Positions 60,338 to 64,000 of a stretch of DNA of 64,000 bases are shown here, one piece after another. The stretch comes from Eledone cirrhosa (lineage: Eukaryota). Every line of letters starts with the position of its first letter. The stretch's first letter is position 1. The stretch is taken from assembly GCA_964016885.1 (NCBI GenBank), contig OZ024749.1:7254001-7318000 (forward strand), in the 5' to 3' direction. The translations under genes were made by a program, and so were the position numbers. A model generated the notes under the pieces. The model saw only the letters and a list, made by a program, of their open reading frames with translations, ran no database searches and was not told where the DNA came from.

Positions 60338-61116
60338 ACCAGCTGAATTACCCGACGTTGCCCGGGTTACTGCTGTACTTATTCAGTTTAGTAAACAATA
60401 AATATGAAAATATGTTGTTTTTTTTCTCATAATTATTTCAAATTATCTATATTATATAAAAAAACTATCAAAATTGTAATGATAATAGAATTTAGAAAAG
60501 AAAATCTGTCAAACTTGAAGCACCTTAGGGTAAACAATATTCATTGTGTAATTATTTTGTTGGTGTCCAAATGAATAAATTGTTGCTACACACTCTCACA
60601 CATACACTCACATACACATACTAAGACAGACACACACAGACATATATTCACGCAGACACACGCATAGCTTTTCACTTCATTTTTGGTCAGTTGCTACATA
60701 TGTATATATATATGTGTAGATGTGTGTGTGTATTTAATCACGTACCCAATGAACGCGCACACACACACTCACAGATACATACATATTCACATACAAAACG
60801 TGACGTCGTTGTGTTGTTTTCTATTGTTTTAATCCAAACGAAAATAAAAATTATCACACATATACTCACACACACATACATTTTCACATACACTCACACA
60901 CATACACTCACATACACTCACATATACACTCTCACATACATATACTAAGGCATATACACACAGATATATATTCACGCACACCTGTCTGTCATCACATATG
61001 TATCTGTATGTATAGATGTGTGTGTTTAATTCTCTGAGGCCTAATGTTAAAATAAAAATTATCACACATACACTCACACACACAAACACTCTCACATACA
61101 TATACTAAAACAGACA

Positions 61117-61170
<54 letters not shown>

Positions 61171-61234
61171 CACATACATATACTAAGACAGACACACACA
61201 GCCATACATTCATGCACACCTATTAGTTGTGTAG

Positions 61235-61297
<63 letters not shown>

Positions 61298-61630
61298 GAT
61301 AATGTTTATGCAACTTACTAAGGCTATATGTATGTGTAGATGTGTGTGTGTGTTTAATTCTCTGTCGTCTAACGTATGTAACGAACTCGCAAACACACAC
61401 AGAGACACAAACACACTCACATACAAAATGTGACGTCGTGGTGGTATACTAAAGTTGACTATAAAATATTATTTTAGATAAAATGTTATATTGTTTTAAT
61501 CCAAATGAAAATAAAAAAAATACATGTTGATACTCCCGAGGTCTAATACTATTACCTTGTAAAATTTGATTTCATTTGGTCCAGCCGTTTGAGAATGCAT
61601 AGGAACAGACAGATAGAGAGACAAAGACGT
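60337..61630 (+). mobile_element. DINE-1/Helentron-like non-autonomous element with internal (CA)-rich tandem repeats
   Basis: 5' accagctgaattacccgacgttgcccggg; 3' gtaaaatttgatttcatttggtccagccgttt...cagacagata. Confidence 0.5.
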
Positions 61631-61646
61631 TTACACACACACATAT

Positions 61647-61701
<55 letters not shown>

Positions 61702-62689
61702 GTTAATAAAAAACAAAAAAAAACAAAGACAGGAATGTAATAATACCCAGCTGTATTAGGCTCACATGTGTGTGTGTGTTTGCGAGTTCGTTACGTACAT
61801 TACGCCACTGAGAACTAAACACACACACACACATCTACACAGATAATAGATGCGCGTGAATGTATCTCTCTGTGTGTCTGTCTTAGTATATGTACACACA
61901 CACACACAAACATACACACACACATATATATATATATTTAAATATTTTTAGTTTCGAGAAAATTGTATATGGTAATCCTCTTTTCTTTAAAAGCAAAGTG
62001 GGGGACTGCTGTGAACTGCTAGTTAGCTTATCCAGTAGTGAAGTCTAGCTCATACTCCACGGAACTATCGCATAATATTAGGTATTCCTGCTGAAGACGC
62101 GTAATAGCCTGATTACGGAAACATCCGCTATTTTGCGTGATTTTCTGAACAGTTTAGAAGGAAAATCTGCATTAGTAAAGTTATATTACCCAAAAACGGT
62201 TGTCCAGGAGGGAGATATTTAGGCCTATCTCTAACTAAAACAGCTAACTGTCTACTGTTAACTAAATGTGTGCACTCTGAACAGCTAATTGCAACTGCCT
62301 TACTGCAATTCGCCAGATTCATTGAGTGAGCTAGACGTTGCCCGGCGGACGCTGAATTTATACCAGTGATCTTCGTTAATTTTGTTATATATATATATAT
62401 TGGAAATTGTGTGAGACCCTTGGTACAGCGGCAAAATCAAAGACATATGATGACCGAACGGGACAACAGAAGAACTAGACCCCCCATATATCAATCACCA
62501 AACAAAATACTACCGTTCAGAAAATCATCAACAGGAAATTCCAGCAAACAGAACATTTCACCACAATAGAAACACCGCTACCTCAAATGGGAATTATTAT
62601 TTTTTAGAACAAGGTGCCTCCTACCAAATGAAAGGAAAAAAAGAAAAAAAACACCACCCTTCAAGTGGCACCCGATGAGAAGACTCCAA

Positions 62690-63790
62690 AGTAACCAAAA
62701 ATAATCAACATATCGGCAAAAAAACTAACACAACATGAAATAAAATTGCTAGAAAATGGACTGAAATTCACACCCACTCCAAAAGCAGATCAAGCCGACC
62801 TTATAAAAGACAGAAGATTTTGTCAAAAATTACGTCTAGGAGAATTCTTCCAGGGTGTAAAATACGAGGAGAAATCACTAGTAAGAAACAAAAAGAACTT
62901 CAGGCCTCCGTTAAATAGAGACAAACACCTGCAGGATTACATAACCTACCCCCGACGATCAGCACAGTCAAATACTGCAGAGACGAAACACAAACACAAC
63001 ATCCCTACAGACCAACTGCAAGCACTAAACAAACTACAAAAAGACTCCTCAATAATCATAAAAGTAGCGGACAAAGGTGGAGCAATCATCATCATAGACA
63101 AAAACCACTACAAGGATATGGTCCTAGAACAGCTGAATAACGAGGACTTTTACAGAAAAATCAGCAAAAACGAAGAAAGAAAATCTATGATTAAAGTAGG
63201 AAAACTGACAACCAAGTACCAAAACAACCTCACACTAAAGGAAATCAATTACTTAACCAACTTCGAAATTATAAACCAGTAACTTCTATGGTTTACCGAA
63301 GGTTCACAAATCCAGAGAAATCCAAAACAACATAAAAGGCAGAAATACATCATATGTTGAGTACCAAAACCGACAGATTTAAAATTACGCCCAATTGTTG
63401 CCGGCCCAGCCTCAAGCACACAACATCTAAGCAACCTATTAGACATCACAGTGAAACCCTTATGTAAAAAAGTGCCAAGTTTCATCAGAGATGATATGGA
63501 ATTCCTGAACTATATCCCCCAGAAAGTACACCAAGAAACAATCTTAGTCAGCTTTGACTTAACAAGCTTATATACTAACATCCAACACGACTTAGGAGTT
63601 GAAGCTTCTGGATTACAAAACATCCAGGCTACATTTCAGAGAGATTCCCCAACAAATTTATTTTGGAAGGACTCAAACTAGTACTGGAGAACAACCACTT
63701 CCTTTTTGATAACGAACTATATTTACAAATAAAAGGAACGGCCATGGGTACCAAAGTGGCCCCAACATATGCAACATACGTAAATGGGTA
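62690..63790 (+). pseudogene. Neptune-type PLE reverse transcriptase, N-terminal half, frameshifted
   Basis: LENGLKFTPTP, IIIKVADKGGAIII, FYGLPKVHK, LRPIVAGP, LVSFDLTSLYTNI, LQIKGTAMGTKVAPTYA. Confidence 0.9.
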
Positions 63791-63802
63791 CTCTCAATCT
63801 TT

Positions 63803-63915
63803 ACCCGTACTCGAGTTTCGGTCACACTTAAGGCAGCAATAGAGTGCACAACACCCACTGCCTGCATTTATTATGAAACACTGCACAATCGGTATATGTG
63901 GCTTCATCAGCGGGC
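63803..63915 (-). ncRNA. Type I hammerhead with long branched stem II
   Basis: GCCCG-CTGATGA-aGCCACAT...GTGTGACc-GAAA-CTCGAG-TA-CGGGT. Confidence 0.7.
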
Positions 63916-64000
63916 TACGCCAAATCAATAACCAATCGATCGATAGAATTCGATTCCAATGTTTGTGACGGTCAACACGATAGTACATTGGCAAATGAAA

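Overview
Animal nuclear DNA, very probably octopus/cephalopod (inferred from the tRNA/Meta-domain SINEs and the extreme (TA)n load). Almost all listed ORFs are microsatellite translations, and no intact host gene is evident. The window is a retroelement graveyard: a near full-length decayed Naiad-type Penelope-like element (PLE) with pseudo-LTRs and an inverted 5' pLTR, a Neptune-type PLE RT, a second PLE GIY-YIG fragment, two Dong/R4 elements in (TAA)n, CRE, Tx1, RTE (one 5'-inverted) and CR1 3' ends, many SINEs, two hAT MITEs, a pogo-like MITE and a DINE/Helentron-like element. The main signal is about 15 minimal type I hammerhead ribozyme motifs from roughly 10 unrelated small cassette families, nearly all embedded in (TA)n. 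Many of these cassettes are fold-back palindromes, several of which turn around inside hammerhead stem II. Coordinates were read by eye and ends are approximate unless a TSD or TIR is quoted.
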